The notes under the pieces were generated by a model. It saw only the letters and a program-made list of their open reading frames with translations, searched no databases and was not told where the DNA came from. DNA of 64,000 nt, taken from positions 558 through 64,557 of the forward strand of contig PKTT01000007.1 in the NCBI GenBank assembly GCA_002869015.1, in the 5' to 3' direction. Positions 62,204 to 64,000 of the stretch are shown here, in pieces. Made by a program: the position numbers and the translations under genes. The DNA comes from Deltaproteobacteria bacterium. GTDB taxonomy: Bacteria; Desulfobacterota; Deferrisomatia; Deferrisomatales; BM512. Numbering within the stretch: position 1 is the first letter of the stretch; each line of letters begins with the position of its first letter.

Positions 62204-62301
62204 GGCCCGATTCTCCTTTCATAACTGTATAGCGCTATTAGCGCTGGAATTTTAAAAAAGTATTGCAGAGGGGCCGCACACCGCGACCCCTCCACGGCAA
62301 A

Positions 62302-64000
62302 TTACATCATCGGTTCCATTTCGAGGGCGGGATGGCCGACCTTCGTCATGAATTCAATGACCTCTTCCTCAGAGGTTGCGTCTTCCTCAGTCGCAATCTT
62401 GTCGTAGAGGTCGGGGCAGCCCATCTCTTCGCCGCGACGGCGGATGACATCTTCCATCGACTCTTTGAGAGCCTTGGGTAGCCATGCAAGACGCATGAGG
62501 CCACCCTCCGCGGAGATGAACTTCTTGGAGCCGATGTAGAACTTGGAGATTCCAACGAAGCCCGGGGTCTGCGCGCCGCCGCCAACACTGCCGGCCAGCG
62601 TCGAGAAGGGCATACCGCAGGGAGTCATCCCAGGGAAGTCGCGGTCAACGACCATGATACCGTTTGCCATCGGCAGGAGGACGGTAATCGCCTCGAAGCA
62701 GCCGCAGGAGGTCATCGGGTCAGTCATGAGCGAGTAAGCGGAGAATTCCGGTACCGCCTCGTGCGAGTTCTGATAGACGAACTGGTTTACGCCGTCCCAC
62801 TTGCCAAGGCGTTCGTCGAGGACGTTGCCTTTTATGATCGGTTGATTCGGGCCGGTGGGGGTAATCTCGTAGGCAGCCTTGCCGTCGAGCCAGTTGTACG
62901 CGCCGCACAGGCCGGGACGCTCAGGGGTAATGACGCAGACATGGTCGGGAGCGAAGGACTGGCATAGCGTGCAGCTGTAGTAGGTGTCCGTCGTCTCGTC
63001 AGTCATAGCGCCCATGCGCTCTTCGCGCTCGCGGTAGACACTGCGCGCCTTCTCCATGAGCTCATCAACTTTTTCTTTTTCCGTGTAGCAGGTGACCTGC
63101 ACCTTGTCGACGATCTTGCCGAACTCATTGTGGAGTTTAGCGTGGAGGATGGTGCCGTAGTGTTTGAGGCTTAGACCCGCATCAACAGCCTTTTTGGAGA
63201 CGCGCATCCAGAGGATGTCGCGCTGACCGATGTGGAGGATACCCTCCGCACCGTTTAGGAGATGGTGAATCTGGCGCTCAAGGATCGGCTCGAACTCGGG
63301 CTGCATGTTGCGGCCTGCGACCTCCACCCAGATGGCGAGAGGATGAACAGAACCAACTTCCATGTCAGCCAGATCGGGTCCTACAACTTCGAACTTACCG
63401 TCCTCAACCTCGTCGAGCTCCATCGTCTGGCAGAACTCGAAAGCGTCGGATTTGGGACCGCCAAGCTCGGCGTGCATCGCATCGCGGCCAATACGCTCGC
63501 CCTCGTAAGCGGGTGAGTAGGAGACCGGGATATCGATCTTTGTAATCTGAATTTTAAGACCGCGAACCTCGATCGCCTTGGCGACGATCTGGTCGTGGGG
63601 CACGTTGGAGACAACATGCTCGTAGGTGCAGACGCCTGTTACGAGAATCTCCGGGATGTTGCTGTCGGCGATTGTCGGGAAGCCGTAGTTGATGACACCG
63701 GCAGCGGCGGCATACCACTCGTCTGTAACCTCACCCAGGGCGAGGACAAATGCGAAGACGCGGTTCTTGTTGTAGCGAAGAACGCCTGCGTAGTCGCCAG
63801 GCTGGACGCCGCCGAAGGCGAGCGCCGCGCGGGTGGCGAAGCCGACCGCGTGAATCGCGGCGGATACGTCGCGTCCAAAGGGGACGAGGCGGGTGGGCCA
63901 ACCGACCTGTACGCCTTCGCTAACCAGCTGCTCGGCGAAGGTGGTACCGTTGTGCTCTGCGGCCATGAAGACGTAGATGCCTTTTTCCTGAAGCTCTTTT
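62302..64000 (-). CDS. acsB: acetyl-CoA synthase (CODH/ACS subunit AcsB), 5' end beyond the window (partial)
   Basis: A-cluster motifs are present: CTLCQSFAPDHVCVITPERPGLCGA and the Cys-Gly-Cys bridge MTSCGCFEA. The frame stays open upstream of the listed ATG at 63966 through to position 64000. Confidence 0.9.
   Translation of the reverse strand, partial: KELQEKGIYVFMAAEHNGTTFAEQLVSEGVQVGWPTRLVPFGRDVSAAIHAVGFATRAALAFGGVQPGDYAGVLRYNKNRVFAFVLALGEVTDEWYAAAAGVINYGFPTIADSNIPEILVTGVCTYEHVVSNVPHDQIVAKAIEVRGLKIQITKIDIPVSYSPAYEGERIGRDAMHAELGGPKSDAFEFCQTMELDEVEDGKFEVVGPDLADMEVGSVHPLAIWVEVAGRNMQPEFEPILERQIHHLLNGAEGILHIGQRDILWMRVSKKAVDAGLSLKHYGTILHAKLHNEFGKIVDKVQVTCYTEKEKVDELMEKARSVYREREERMGAMTDETTDTYYSCTLCQSFAPDHVCVITPERPGLCGAYNWLDGKAAYEITPTGPNQPIIKGNVLDERLGKWDGVNQFVYQNSHEAVPEFSAYSLMTDPMTSCGCFEAITVLLPMANGIMVVDRDFPGMTPCGMPFSTLAGSVGGGAQTPGFVGISKFYIGSKKFISAEGGLMRLAWLPKALKESMEDVIRRRGEEMGCPDLYDKIATEEDATSEEEVIEFMTKVGHPALEMEPMM

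Overview
Chromosomal window from what looks like a strictly anaerobic bacterium. The gene content (Wood-Ljungdahl, methylmalonyl-CoA pathway, multiheme cytochrome, ferredoxin oxidoreductases) resembles sulfate-reducer or syntroph genomes, but taxonomy cannot be verified here. The window is almost entirely core metabolism. I saw no rRNA, tRNA, CRISPR array, transposase, integrase, phage gene or recognisable defence gene. Content in order:
- Partial LRR membrane protein that runs off the 5' edge and is missing from the ORF track.
- PlsB-like acyltransferase, a 5-heme cytochrome c abutting gluQ, and an NPD-family flavoenzyme.
- MFS transporter, then a four-subunit 2-oxoacid:ferredoxin oxidoreductase operon ending in an ACT-domain gene.
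- An unusually long AT-rich intergenic region containing a structured leader.
- A Liv-type ABC importer operon with two embedded acyl-CoA ligases.
- A stand-alone NuoE/NuoF/ferredoxin trio.
- A nucleotide-sugar block (glmU-glmS-galE-ugd-manB).
- zupT, then a hybrid histidine kinase with a periplasmic CXXCH motif plus a PhnD-like binding protein.
- ABC exporter, UPF0016 transporter, fused 5-oxoprolinase, pepF and lysA.
- A ResB-like gene with a histidine kinase, then groES-groEL.
- A long operon: OadA/5S-like, mmdA-D-C-B, split methylmalonyl-CoA mutase, epimerase, queC.
- Two regulators (XRE-cupin, IclR), then acsE-acsC-acsB, which runs off the 3' edge.

I found no clear-cut new multi-gene system. 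The items most worth follow-up are:
- the multi-stem leader RNA with two terminator-like hairpins upstream of the ABC/ligase operon;
- the operon combining two carboxyltransferases and two biotin carriers with a single Na+-pump membrane set;
- the orphan bifurcation-type NuoEF module;
- the heme-motif sensor kinase;
- the duplicated Cys-rich module of the LRR protein.

All functional calls come from reading motifs in the translations. No database search was possible.
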